Source of the DNA: the human T2T-CHM13v2.0 reference genome, Homo sapiens
DNA length: 64,000 nt
Reading direction: 5' to 3' (one strand)
Assembly: GCF_009914755.1 (NCBI RefSeq)
Contig: NC_060929.1
Shown here: positions 36,171 through 49,949 of the stretch, one piece after another
Layout of the letters: every line of letters begins with the position of its first letter
How positions within the stretch are numbered: position 1 is the first letter of the stretch
The notes under the pieces: model-generated
Told to the model about the DNA's origin: nothing
Database searches by the model: none
What the model saw: the letters and a program-made list of their open reading frames with translations, nothing else
Translations under genes and position numbers: made by a program

Positions 36171-38700
36171 TTTTTGTGGAATTTGCAAGTGGAGATTTCA
36201 AGCGCTTTGAGGCCAAAGGCAGAAAAGGAAATATCTTCGTATAAAAACTAGACAGAATCACTCTCAGAAACTGCTCTGCGATGTGTGCGTTCAACTCTCA
36301 GAGTTTAACTTTTCTTTTCATTCAGCAGTTTGGAAACACTCTGTTTGTAAAGTCTGCACGTGGATATTTTGACCAATCAGAGGCCTTCGTTGGAAACGGG
36401 TTTTTTTCCTGTAAGGCTAGACAGAAGAATTCCCAGTAACTTCCTTGTGTTGTGTACATTCAACTCACAGAGTTGAACGTTCCCTTAGACAGAGCAGATT
36501 TGAAACACTCTTTTTGTGCAATTGGCAAGTGGAGATTTCAAGAGTTTTAAGGTCAATGGTAGAAAAGGAAATATCTTCGTTTCAAAACTAGACAGAATCA
36601 TTCCCACAAACTGCGTTGTGATGTGTTCGTTCAAATCACAGAGTTTAACCTTTCTTTTCATAGAGCAGTTAGGAAACAGTCTGTTTGTAAATTCTGTAAG
36701 TGGATATTCTGACATCTTGTGGCCTTCGTTGGAAGCGGGATTTCTTCATATTCTGCTAGACAGAAGAATTCTCAGAATCTTCCTTGTGTTGTGTGTATTC
36801 AACTCACAGAGTTGAACGATCCTTTACACAGAGCAGACTTGAAACACTCTTTTTGTGGAATTTGCAAGTGGAGATTTCAGCCGCTTTGAGGTCCATGGTA
36901 GAAAAGGAAATATCTTCGTATAAAAACTAGACAGAATGATTCTCAGAAACTTCTTTGTGATGTGTGCGTTCAACTCACAGAGTTTAACCTTTCTTTTCAT
37001 AGAGCAGTTAGGAAACACTCTGTTTGTAAACTCTGCAAGTGGATATTCAGACCTCTTTGAGGCCTTGGTTGGAAACGGGATTTCTTCATACTATGCTAGA
37101 CAGAAGAATTCTCAGTAACTTCTTTGTGTTGTGTTTATTCAACTCACAGAGTTGAACGATACTTTACACAGAGCAGACTTGATACACTCGTTTTGTGGAA
37201 TTTGCAAGTGGAGATTTCAGCCGCTTTGAGGTCCATGGTAGAAAAGGAAATATCTTCGTATAAAAACTTGACAGAATGATTCTCAGAAACTTCTTTGTGA
37301 TGTGTGCGTTCAACTCACAGAGTTTAACCTTTCTTTTCATAGAGCAGTTAGGAAACACTCTGTTTGTAAATTCTGCAAGTGGATATTCAGACCTCTTTGA
37401 GGACTTCGTTGGAAACGGGTTTTTTTCATATAAGGCTAGACAGAAGAATTCCCAGTAACTTCCTTGTGTTGTGTGTGTTCAACTCACAGAGTTGAACTTT
37501 CATTTACACAGAGCAGATTTGAAACACTCTTTTTGTGGAATTTGCAAATGGAGATTTCAAGCGCTTTGAGGCCAAAGGCAGAAAAGGAAATATCTTCATA
37601 TAAAAACTAGACAGAATCATTCTCAGAAACTGCTCTGCGATGTGTGCGTTCAACTCTCAGAGTTTAACTTTTCTTTTCATTCAGCAGTTTGGAAACACTC
37701 TGTTTGTAAAGTCTGCACGTGCATAATTTGACCACTTAGAGGCCTTCGTTGGAAACGGGTTTTTTTCATGTAAGGCTAGACAGAAGAATTCTCAGTAACT
37801 TCCTTGTGTTGTGTGTATTCAACTCACAGAGTTGACCGATCCTTTACACAGAGCAGACTTGTAACACTCTTTTTGTGGAATTTGCAAGTGGAGATTTCAG
37901 CCGCTTTGAAGTCAAAGGTAGAAAAGGAAATATCTTCCTATAAAAACTAGACAGAATGATTCTCAGAAACTCCTTTGTGATGTGTGCGTTCAACTCACAG
38001 AGTTTAACCTTTCTTTTCATAGAGCAGTTAGGAAACACTCTGTTTGTAAAGTCTGCAAGTGGATATTCAGACCTCTTTGAGGCCTTCGTTGGAAACGGGT
38101 TTTTTTCATATAAGGCTAGACAGAAGAATTCCCAGTAACTTCCTTGTGTTGTGTGTGTTCAACTCACAGAGTTGAACTTTCATTTACACAGAGCAGATTT
38201 GAAACACTCTTTTTGTGGAATTTGCAAGTGGAGATTTCAAGCGCTTTGAGGCCAAAGCAGAAAAGGAAATATCTTCGTATAAAAACTAGACAGAATCATT
38301 CTCAGAAACTGCTCTGCGATGTGTGCGTTCAACTCTCAGAGTTTAACTTTTCTTTTCATTCAGCAGTTTGGAAACACTCTGTTTGTAAAGTCTGCACGTG
38401 GATATTTTGACCACTTAGAGGCCTTCGTTGGAAACGGGTTTTTTTCCTGTAAGGCTAGACAGAAGAATTCCCAGTAACTTCCTTGTGTTGTGTACATTCA
38501 ACTCACAGAGTTGAACGTTCCCTTAGACAGAGCAGATTTGAAACACTCTTTTTGTGCAATTGGCAAGTGGAGATTTCAAGCGATTTAAGGTCAATGGCAG
38601 AAAAGGAAATATCTTCGTTTCAAAACTAGACAGAATCATTCCCACAAACTGCGTTGTGATGTGTTCGTTCAAATCACAGAGTTTAACCTTTCTTTTCATA
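35300..38700 (+). repeat. Recent segmental duplicate, copy 1 (copy 2 lies +5772 bp)
   Basis: More than 12 private variants are shared with 41.07-44.47 kb. ORF-track landmarks 35806/41578, 36485/42257 and 38523/44295 all differ by exactly 5772. Confidence 0.9.
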
Positions 38701-41700
38701 GAGCTGTTAGGAAACAGTCTGTTTGTAAATTCTGTAAGTGGATATTCTGACATCTTGTGGCCTTCGTTGGAAACGGGATTTCTTCATATTCTGCTAGACA
38801 GAAGAATTCTCAGAATCTTCCTTGTGTTGTGTGTATTCAACTCACAGAGTTGAACGATCCTTTACACAGAGCAGACTTGAAACACTCTTTTTGTGGAATT
38901 TGCAAGTGGAGATTTCAGCCGCTTTGAGGTCCATGGTAGAAAAGGAAATATCTTCGTATAAAAACTAGACAGAATGATTCTCAGAAACTTCTTTGTGATG
39001 TGTGCGTTCAACTCACAGAGTTTAACCTTTCTTTTCATAGAGCAGTTAGGAAACACTCTGTTTGTAAACTCTGCAAGTGGATATTCAGACCTCTTTGAAG
39101 CCTTCGTTGGAAACGGGATTTCTTCATACTATGCTAGACAGAAGAATTCTCAGTAACTTCTTTGTGTTGTGTGTATTCAACTCACAGAGTTGAACGATCC
39201 TTTACACAGAGCAGACTTGAAATACTCGTTTTGTGGAATTTGCAAGTGGAGATTTCAGCCACTTTGAGGTCAATGGTAGAAAAGGAAATATCTTCGTATA
39301 AATACTAGACAGAGTGATTCTCAGAAACTCCTTTGTGAGGTGTGCGTTCAACTCACAGAGTTTAACTTTTCTTTTCATAGAGCAGTTAGGAAACACTCTG
39401 TTTGTAAAGTCTGCAAGTGGATATTCAGACCTCTTTGAGGCCTTCGTTGGAAACGGGTTTTTTCATATAAGGCTAGACAGAAGAATTCCCAGTAACTTCC
39501 TTGTGTTGTGTGTGTTCAACTCACAGAGTTGAACTTTCATTTACACAGAGCAGATTTGAAACACTCTTTTTGTGGAATTTGCAAATGGAGATTTAAAGCG
39601 CTTTGAGGCCAAAGCAGAAAAGGAAATATCTTCGTATAAAAACTAGACAGAATCATTCTCAGAAACTGCTCTGCGATGTGTGCGTTCAACTCTCAGAGTT
39701 TAACTTTTCTTTTCATTCAGCAGTTTGGAAACACTCTGTTTGTAAAGTCTGCACGTGGATAATTTGACCACTTAGAGGCCTTCGTTGGAAACGGGTTTTT
39801 TCATGTAAGGCTAGACAGAAGAATTCTCGGTAACTTCCTTGTGTTGTGTGTATTCAACTCACACTTTTGAACGATCCTTTACACAGAGCAGACTTGTAAC
39901 ACTCTTTTTGTGGAATTTGCAAGTGGAGATTTCAGCCGCTTTGAAGTCAAAGGTAGAAAAGGAAATATCTTCCTATAAAAACTAGACAGAATGATTCTCA
40001 GAAACTCCTTTGTGATGTGTGCGTTCAACTCACAGAGTTTAACATTTCTTTTCATAGAGCAGTTAGGAAACACTCTGTTTGTAAAGTCTGCAAGTGGATA
40101 TTCAGACCTCTTTGAGACCTTCGTTGGAAACGGGTTTTTTTCATATAAGGCTAGACAGAAGAATTCCCAGTAACTTCCTTGTGTTGTGTGTGTTCAACTC
40201 ACAGAGTTGAACTTTCATTTACACAGAGCAGATTTGAAACACTCTTTTTGTGGAATTTGCAAGTGGAGATTTCAAGCGCTTTGAGGCCAAAGGCAGAAAA
40301 GGAAATATCTTCGTATAAAAACTAGACAGAATCATTCTCAGAAACTGCTCTGCGATGTGTGCGTTCAACTCTCAGAGTTTAACTTTTCTTTTCATTCAGC
40401 AGTTTGGAAACACTCTGTTTGTAAAGTCTGCACGTGGATATTTTGACCACTTAGAGGCCTTCGTTGGAAACGGGTTTTTTTCCTGTAAGGCTAGACAGAA
40501 GAATTCCCAGTAACTTCCTTGTGTTGTGTACATTCAACTCACAGAGTTGAACGTTCCCTTAGACAGAGCAGATTTGAAACACTCTTTTTGTGCAATTGGC
40601 AAGTGGAGATTTCAAGCGATTTAAGGTCAATGGCAGAAAAGGAAATATCTTCGTTTCAAAACTAGACAGAATCATTCCCACAAACTGCGTTGTGATGTGT
40701 TCGTTCAAATCACAGAGTTTAAACTTTCTTTTCATAGAGCAGTTAGGAAACAGTCTGTTTGTAAATTCTGTAAGTGGATATTCTGACATCTTGTGGCCTA
40801 CGTTGGAAACGGGATTTCTTCAAATTCTGCTAGACAGAAGAATTCTCAGAATCTTCCTTGTGTTGTGTGTATTCAACTCACAGAGTTGAACGATCCTTTA
40901 CACAGAGCAGACTTGAAACACTCTTTTTGTGGAATTTGCAAGTGGAGATTTCAGCCGCTTTGAGGTCAATGGTAGAAAAGGAAATATCTTCGTAGAAAAA
41001 CAAGACAGAGTGATTCTCAGAAACTCCTTTGTGATGTGTGCGTTCAACTCACAGAGTTTAACCTTTCTTTTCATAGAGCAGTTAGGAAACACTCTGTTTG
41101 TAAAGTCTGCAAGTGGATATTCAGACCTCTTTGAGGCCTTCGTTGGAAACGGGTTTTTTTCATAGAAGGCTAGACAGAAGAATTCCCAGTAACTTCCTTG
41201 TGTTGTGTGTGTTCAACTCACAGAGTTGAACTTTGATTTACACAGAGCAGATTTGAAACGCTCTTTTTGTGGAATTTGCAAGTGGAGATTTCAAGCGCTT
41301 TGAGGCCAAAGGCAGAAAAGGAAATATCTTCGTATAAAAACTAGACAGAATCATTCTCAGAAACTACTCTGCAATGTGTGCGTTCAACTCTCAGAGTTTA
41401 ACTCTTCTTTTCATTCAGCAGTTTGGAAACACTCTGTTTGTAAACTCTGCACGTGGATATTTTGACCACTTAGAGGCCTTCGTTGGAAACGGGTTTTTTT
41501 CCTGTAAGGCTAGACAGAAGAATTCCCAGTAACTTCCTTGTGTTGTGTACATTCAACTCACAGAGTTGAACGTTCCCTTAGACAGAGGAGATTTGAAACA
41601 CTCTTTTTGTGCAATTGGCAAGTGGAGATTTCAAGCGCTTTAAGGTCAATGGCAGAAAAGGAAATATCTTCGTTTCAAAACTAGACAGAATCATTCCCAC

Positions 41701-44700
41701 AAACTGCGTTGTGATGTGTTCGTTCAACTCACAGAGTTTAACCTTTCTTTTCATAGAGCAGTTAGGAAATAGTCTGTTTGTAAATTCTGTAAGTGGATAT
41801 TCTGACATCTTGTGGCCTTCGTTGGAAACGGGATTTCTTCATATTCTGCTAGACAGAAGAATTCTCAGAATCTTCCTTGTGTTGTGTGTATTCAACTCAC
41901 AGAGTTGAACGATGGTTTACACAGAGCAGATTTGAAACACACTTTTTGTGGAATTTGCAAGTGGAGATTTCAAGCGCTTTGAGGCCAAAGGCAGAAAAGG
42001 AAATATCTTCGTATAAAAACTAGACAGAATCACTCTCAGAAACTGCTCTGCGATGTGTGCGTTCAACTCTCAGAGTTTAACTTTTCTTTTCATTCAGCAG
42101 TTTGGAAACACTCTGTTTGTAAAGTCTGCACGTGGATATTTTGACCAATCAGAGGCCTTCGTTGGAAACGGGTTTTTTTCCTGTAAGGCTAGACAGAAGA
42201 ATTCCCAGTAACTTCCTTGTGTTGTGTACATTCAACTCACAGAGTTGAACGTTCCCTTAGACAGAGCAGATTTGAAACACTCTTTTTGTGCAATTGGCAA
42301 GTGGAGATTTCAAGAGTTTTAAGGTCAATGGTAGAAAAGGAAATATCTTCGTTTCAAAACTAGACAGAATCATTCCCACAAACTGCGTTGTGATGTGTTC
42401 GTTCAAATCACAGAGTTTAACCTTTCTTTTCATAGAGCAGTTAGGAAACAGTCTGTTTGTAAATTCTGTAAGTGGATATTCTGACATCTTGTGGCCTTCG
42501 TTGGAAGCGGGATTTCTTCATATTCTGCTAGACAGAAGAATTCTCAGAATCTTCCTTGTGTTGTGTGTATTCAACTCACAGAGTTGAACGATCCTTTACA
42601 CAGAGCAGACTTGAAACACTCTTTTTGTGGAATTTGCAAGTGGAGATTTCAGCCGCTTTGAGGTCCATGGTAGAAAAGGAAATATCTTCGTATAAAAACT
42701 AGACAGAATGATTCTCAGAAACTTCTTTGTGATGTGTGCGTTCAACTCACAGAGTTTAACCTTTCTTTTCATAGAGCAGTTAGGAAACACTCTGTTTGTA
42801 AACTCTGCAAGTGGATATTCAGACCTCTTTGAGGCCTTGGTTGGAAACGGGATTTCTTCATACTATGCTAGACAGAAGAATTCTCAGTAACTTCTTTGTG
42901 TTGTGTTTATTCAACTCACAGAGTTGAACGATACTTTACACAGAGCAGACTTGATACACTCGTTTTGTGGAATTTGCAAGTGGAGATTTCAGCCGCTTTG
43001 AGGTCCATGGTAGAAAAGGAAATATCTTCGTATAAAAACTTGACAGAATGATTCTCAGAAACTTCTTTGTGATGTGTGCGTTCAACTCACAGAGTTTAAC
43101 CTTTCTTTTCATAGAGCAGTTAGGAAACACTCTGTTTGTAAATTCTGCAAGTGGATATTCAGACCTCTTTGAGGACTTCGTTGGAAACGGGTTTTTTTCA
43201 TATAAGGCTAGACAGAAGAATTCCCAGTAACTTCCTTGTGTTGTGTGTGTTCAACTCACAGAGTTGAACTTTCATTTACACAGAGCAGATTTGAAACACT
43301 CTTTTTGTGGAATTTGCAAATGGAGATTTCAAGCGCTTTGAGGCCAAAGGCAGAAAAGGAAATATCTTCATATAAAAACTAGACAGAATCATTCTCAGAA
43401 ACTGCTCTGCGATGTGTGCGTTCAACTCTCAGAGTTTAACTTTTCTTTTCATTCAGCAGTTTGGAAACACTCTGTTTGTAAAGTCTGCACGTGCATAATT
43501 TGACCACTTAGAGGCCTTCGTTGGAAACGGGTTTTTTTCATGTAAGGCTAGACAGAAGAATTCTCAGTAACTTCCTTGTGTTGTGTGTATTCAACTCACA
43601 GAGTTGACCGATCCTTTACACAGAGCAGACTTGTAACACTCTTTTTGTGGAATTTGCAAGTGGAGATTTCAGCCGCTTTGAAGTCAAAGGTAGAAAAGGA
43701 AATATCTTCCTATAAAAACTAGACAGAATGATTCTCAGAAACTCCTTTGTGATGTGTGCGTTCAACTCACAGAGTTTAACCTTTCTTTTCATAGAGCAGT
43801 TAGGAAACACTCTGTTTGTAAAGTCTGCAAGTGGATATTCAGACCTCTTTGAGGCCTTCGTTGGAAACGGGTTTTTTTCATATAAGGCTAGACAGAAGAA
43901 TTCCCAGTAACTTCCTTGTGTTGTGTGTGTTCAACTCACAGAGTTGAACTTTCATTTACACAGAGCAGATTTGAAACACTCTTTTTGTGGAATTTGCAAG
44001 TGGAGATTTCAAGCGCTTTGAGGCCAAAGCAGAAAAGGAAATATCTTCGTATAAAAACTAGACAGAATCATTCTCAGAAACTGCTCTGCGATGTGTGCGT
44101 TCAACTCTCAGAGTTTAACTTTTCTTTTCATTCAGCAGTTTGGAAACACTCTGTTTGTAAAGTCTGCACGTGGATATTTTGACCACTTAGAGGCCTTCGT
44201 TGGAAACGGGTTTTTTTCCTGTAAGGCTAGACAGAAGAATTCCCAGTAACTTCCTTGTGTTGTGTACATTCAACTCACAGAGTTGAACGTTCCCTTAGAC
44301 AGAGCAGATTTGAAACACTCTTTTTGTGCAATTGGCAAGTGGAGATTTCAAGCGATTTAAGGTCAATGGCAGAAAAGGAAATATCTTCGTTTCAAAACTA
44401 GACAGAATCATTCCCACAAACTGCGTTGTGATGTGTTCGTTCAAATCACAGAGTTTAACCTTTCTTTTCATAGAGCAGTTAGGAAACAGTCTGTTTGTAA
44501 ATTCTGTAAGTGGATATTCTGACATCTTGTGGCCTTCGTTGGAAACGGGATTTCTTCATATTCTGCTAGACAGAAGAATTCTCAGAATCTTCCTTGTGTT
44601 GTGTGTATTCAACTCACAGAGTTGAACGATCCTTTACACAGAGCAGACTTGAAACACTCTTTTTGTGGAATTTGCAAGTGGAGATTTCAGCCGCTTTGAG

Positions 44701-47700
44701 GTCCATTGTAGAAAAGGAAATATCTTCGTATAAAAACTAGACAGAATGATTCTCAGAAACTTCTTTGTGATGTGTGCGTTCAACTCACAGAGTTTAACCT
44801 TTCTTTTCATAGAGCAGTTAGGAAACACTCTGTTTGTAAACTCTGCAAGTGGATATTCAGACCTCTTTGAGGCCTTCGTTGGAAACGGGATTTCTTCATA
44901 CTATGCTAGACAGAAGAATTCTCAGTAACTTCTTTGTGTTGTGTGTATTCAACTCACATAGTTGAACGATCCTTTACACAGAGCAGACTTGAAACACTCG
45001 TTTTGTGGAATTTGCAAGTGGAGATTTCAGCCGTTTTGAGGTCCATGGTAGAAAAGGAAATATCTTCGTATAAAAACTTGACAGAATGATTCTCAGAAAC
45101 TTCTTTGTGATGTGTGCGTTCAACTCACAGAGTTTAACCTTTCTTTTCATAGAGCAGTTAGGAAACACTCTGTTTGTAAAGTCTGCAAGTGGATATTCAG
45201 ACCTCTTTGTGGCCTTCGTTGGAAACGGGATTTCTTCATACTATGCTAGACAGAAGAATTCTCAGTAACTTCTTGGTGTTGTGTGTATTCAACTCACAGA
45301 GTTGAACGATGCTTTACACAGAGCAGACTTGAAACACTCGTTTTGTGGAATTTGCAAGTGGAGATTTCAGCCGCTTTGAGGTCCATGGTAGAAAAGGAAA
45401 TATCTTCGTATAAAAACTAGACAGAATGATTCTCAGAAACTCCTTTGTGATGTGTGTGTTCAACTCACAGAGTTTAACCTTTCTTTTCATAGAGCAGTTA
45501 GGAAACACTCTGTTTGTAAAGTCTGCAAGTGGATATTCAGACCTCTTTGAGGCCTTCGTTGGAAACGGGTTTTTTTCATATAAGGCTAGACAGAAGAAAT
45601 CCCAGTAACTTCCTTGTGTTGTGTGTGTTCAACTCACAGAGTTGAACTTTCATTTACACAGAGCAGATTTGAAACACTCTTTTTGTGGAATTTGCAAGTG
45701 GAGATTTCAAGCGCTTTGTGGCCAAAGGCAGAAAAGGAAATATCTTCGTATAAAAACTAGACAGAATCATTCTCAGAAACTGCTCTGCGATGTGTGCGTT
45801 CAACTCTCAGAGTTTAACTTTTCTTTTCATTCAGCAGTTTGGAAACACTCTGTTTGTAAAGTCTGCACGTGGATAATTGGACCACTTAGAGGCCTTCGTT
45901 GGAAACGGGTTTTTTTCATGTAAGGCTATACAGAAGAATTCTCAGTAACTTCCTTGTGTTGTGTGTATTCAACTCACAGAGTTGAACGATCCTTTACACA
46001 GAGCAGACTTGTAACACTCTTTTTGTGGAATTTGCAAGTGGAGATTTCAGCCGCTTTGAAGTCAAAGGTAGAAAAGGAAATATCTTCCTATAAAAACTAG
46101 ACAGAATGATTCTCAGAAACTCCTTTGTGATGTGTGCGTTCAACTCACACAGTTTAACCTTTCTTTTCATAGAGCAGTTAGGAAACACTCTGTTTGTAAA
46201 GTCTGCAAGTGGATATTCAGACCTCTTTGAGGCCTTCGTTGGAAACGGGTTTTTTTCATATAAGGCTAGACAGAAGAATTCCCAGTAACTTCCTTGTGTT
46301 GTGTGTGTTCAACTCACAGAGTTGAACTTTCATTCACACAGAGCAGATTTGAAACACTCTTTTTGTGGAATGTGCAAGTGGAGATTTCAAGCGCTTTGAG
46401 GCCAAAGGCAGAAAAGGAAATATCTTCGTATAAAAACTAGACAGAATCATTCTCAGAAACTGCTCTGCGATGTGTGCGTTCAACTCTCAGAGTTTAACTT
46501 TTCTTTTCATTCAGCAGTTTGGAAACACTCTGTTTCTAAAGTCTGCACGTGGATATTTTGACCACTTAGAGGCCTTCGTTGGAAACGGGTTTTTTTCCTG
46601 TAAGGCTAGACAGAAGAATTCCCAGTAACTTCCTTGTGTTGTGTACATTCAACTCACAGAGTTGAACGTTCCCTTAGACAGAGCAGATTTGAAACACTCT
46701 TTTTGTGCAATTGGCAAGTGGAGATTTCAAGCGCTTTAAGGTCAATGGCAGAAAAGGAAATATCTTCGTTTCAAAACTAGACAGAATCATTCCCACAAAC
46801 TGCGTTGTGATGTGTTCGTTCAAATCACAGAGTTTAACCTTTCTTTTCATAGAGCAGTTAGGAAACAGTCTGTTTGTAAATTCTGTAAGTGGATATTCTG
46901 ACATCTTGTGGCCTTCTTTGGAAACGGGATTTCTTCATATTCTGCTAGACAGAAGAATTCTCAGAATCTTCCTTTTGTTGTGTGTATTCAACTCACAGAG
47001 TTGAACGATCCTTTACACAGAGCAGACTTGAAACACTCTTTTTGTGGAATTTGCAAGTGGAGATTTCAGCCGCTTTGAGGTCCATGGTAGAAAAGGAAAT
47101 ATCTTCGTATAAAAACTAGACAGAATGATTCTCAGAAACTTCTTTGTGATGTGTGCGTTCAACTCACAGAGTTTAACCTTTCTTTTCATAGAGCAGTTAG
47201 GAAACACTCTGTTTGTAAACTCTGCAAGTGGATATTCAGACCTCTTTGAAGCCTTCGTTGGAAACGGGATTTCTTCATACTATGCTAGACAGAAGAATTC
47301 TCAGTAACTTCTTTGTGTTGTGTGTATTCAACTCACAGAGTTGAACGATCATTTACACAGAGCAGACTTGAAACACTCGTTTTGTGGAATTTGCAAGTGG
47401 AGATTTCAGCCGCTTTGAGGTCAATGGTAGAAAAGGAAATATCTTCGTATAAAAACTAGGCAGAGTGATTCTCAGAAACTCCTTTGTGATGTGTGCGTTC
47501 AACTCACAGAGTTTAACCTTTCTTTCATAGAGCAGTTAGGAAACACTCTGTTTGTAAAGTCTGCAAGTGGATATTCAGACCTCTTTGAGGCCTTCGTTGG
47601 AAACGGGTTTTTTTCATATAAGGCTAGACAGAAGAATTCCCAGTAACTTCCTTGTGTTGTGTGTGTTCAACTCACAGAGTTGAACTTTCATTTACACAGA

Positions 47701-49700
47701 GCAGATTTGAAACACTCTTTTTGTGGAATTTGCAAATGGAGATTTCAAGAGCTTTGAGGCCAAAGCAGAAAAGGAAATATCTTCGTATAAAAACTAGACA
47801 GAATCATTCTCAGAAACTGCTCTGCGATGTGTGCGTTCAACTCTCAGAGTTTAACTTTTCTTTTCATTCAGCAGTTTGGAAACACTCTGTTTGTAAAGTC
47901 TGCACGTGGATAATTTGACCACTTAGAGGCCTTCGTTGGAAACGGGTTTTTTTCATGTAAGGCTAGACAGAAGAATTCTCAGTAACTTCCTTGTGTTGTG
48001 TGTATTCAACTCACAGAGTTGAACGATCCTTTACACAGAGCAGACTTGTAACACTCTTTTTGTGGAATTTGCAAGTGGAGATTTCAGCCGCTTTGAAGTC
48101 AAAGGTAGAAAAGGAAATATCTTCCTATAAAAACTAGACAGAATGATTATCAGAAACTCCTTTGTGATGTGTGCGTTCAACTCACAGAGTTTAACCTTTC
48201 TTTTCATAGAGCAGTTAGGAAACACTCTGTTTGTAAAGTCTGCAAGTGGATATTCAGACCTCTTTGAGGCCTTCGTTGGAAACGGGTTTTTTTCATATAA
48301 GGCTAGACAGAAGAATTCCCAGTAACTTCCGTGTGTTGTGTGTGTTCAACTCACAGAGTTGAACTTTCATTTACACAGAGCAGATTTGAAACACTCTTTT
48401 TGTGGAATTTGCAAGTGGAGATTTCAAGCGCTTTGAGGCCAAAGGCAGAAAAGGAAATATCTTCGTATAAAAACTAGACAGAATCATTCTCAGAAACTGC
48501 TCTGCGATGTGTGCGTTCAACTCTCAGAGTTTAACTTTTCTTTTCATTCAGCAGTTTGGAAACACTCTGTTTGTAAAGTCTGCACGTGGATAATTGGACC
48601 ACTTAGAGTCCTTCGTTGGAAACGGGTTTTTTTCATGTAAGGCTATACAGAAGAATTCTCAGTAACTTCCTTGTGTTGTGTGTATTCAACTCACAGAGTT
48701 GAACGATCCTTTAAACAGAGCAGACTTGTAACACTCTTTTTGTGGAATTTGCAAGTGGAGATTTCAGCCGCTTTGAAGTCAAAGGTAGAAAAGGAAATAT
48801 CTTCTTATAAAAACTAGACAGAATGATTCTCAGAAACTCCTTTGTGATGTGTGCTTTCAACTCACAGAGTTTAACCTTTCTTTTCATAGAGCAGTTAGGA
48901 AACACTCTGTTTGTAAAGTCTGCAAGTGGATATTCAGACCTCTTTGAGGCCTTCGTTGGAAACGGGTTTTTTTCATATAAGGCTAGACAGAAGAATTCCC
49001 AGTAACTTCCTTGTGTTGTGTGTGTTCAACTCACGGAGTTGAGCTTTCATTTACACAGAGCAGATTTGAAACACTCTTTTTGTGGAATTTGCAAGTGGAG
49101 ATTCCAAGCGCTTTGAGGCCAAAGGCAGAAAAGGAAATATCTTCGTATAAAAACTAGACAGAATCACTCTCAGAAACTGCTCTGCGATGTGTGCGTTCAA
49201 CTCTCAGAGTTTAACTTTTCTTTTCATTCAGCAGTTTGGAAACACTCTGTTTGTAAAGTCTGCACGTGGATATTTTGACCACTCAGAGGCCTTCGTTGGA
49301 AACGGGTTTTTTTCCTGTAAGGCTAGACAGAAGAATTCCCAGTAACTTCCTTGTGTTGTGTACATTCAACTCACAGAGTTGAACGTTCCCTTAGACAGAG
49401 CAGATTTGAAACACTCTTTTTGTGCAATTGGCAAGTGGAGATTTCAAGAGTTTTAAGGTCAATGGCAGAAAAGGAAATATCTTCGTTTCAAAACTAGACA
49501 GAATCATTCCCACAAACTGCGTTGTGATGTGTTCGTTCAAATCACAGAGTTTAACCTTTCTTTTCATAGAGCAGTTAGGAAACAGTCTGCTTGTAAATTC
49601 TGTAAGTGGATATTCTGACATCTTGTGGCCTTCGTTGGAAACGGCATTTCTTCATATTCTGCTAGACAGAAGAATTCTCAGAATCTTCCTTGTGTTGTGT
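36200..49700 (+). repeat. Haplotype domain X (copy 2), containing a duplicated Y fragment at ~41.1-41.95 kb
   Basis: TTCAAATCAC, GTCCATGG, TACTATGC, AACTTCTTTG and AAAACTTGAC markers return, plus the GCCAAAGCAG 1-bp deletion. Confidence 0.75.
41070..44470 (+). repeat. Recent segmental duplicate, copy 2
   Basis: Same private variants as 35.3-38.7 kb (GAAACGCT, ACTACTCTGCAATG, GAGGAGAT, GGAAATAGTC, GACCAATCAG, GGAAGCGGG, CCTTGGTTGG, GGACTTCG). Confidence 0.9.
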
Positions 49701-49949
49701 GTATTCAACTCACAGAGTTGAACGATCCTTTACACAGAGCAGACTTGAAACACTCTTTTTGTGGAATTTGCAAGTGGAGATTTCAGCCGCTTTGAGGTCC
49801 ATGGTAGAAAAGGAAATATCTTCGTATAAAAACTAGACAGAATGATTCTCAGAAACTTCTTTGTGATGTGTGCGTTCAACTCACAGAGTTTAACCTTTCT
49901 TTTCATAGAGCAGTTAGGAAACACTCTGTTTGTAAACTCTGCAAGTGGA

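Noticed and set aside
36724-36740. Variant boxes CTTCGTTGGAAGCGGGA (also 42496), CTTCGATGG (~377, ~20083) and TTTTCG (~52008) as inactive sites
   Set aside because: The nine core positions (TTCG, A, CGGG) are intact, so they are not counted as disrupted.
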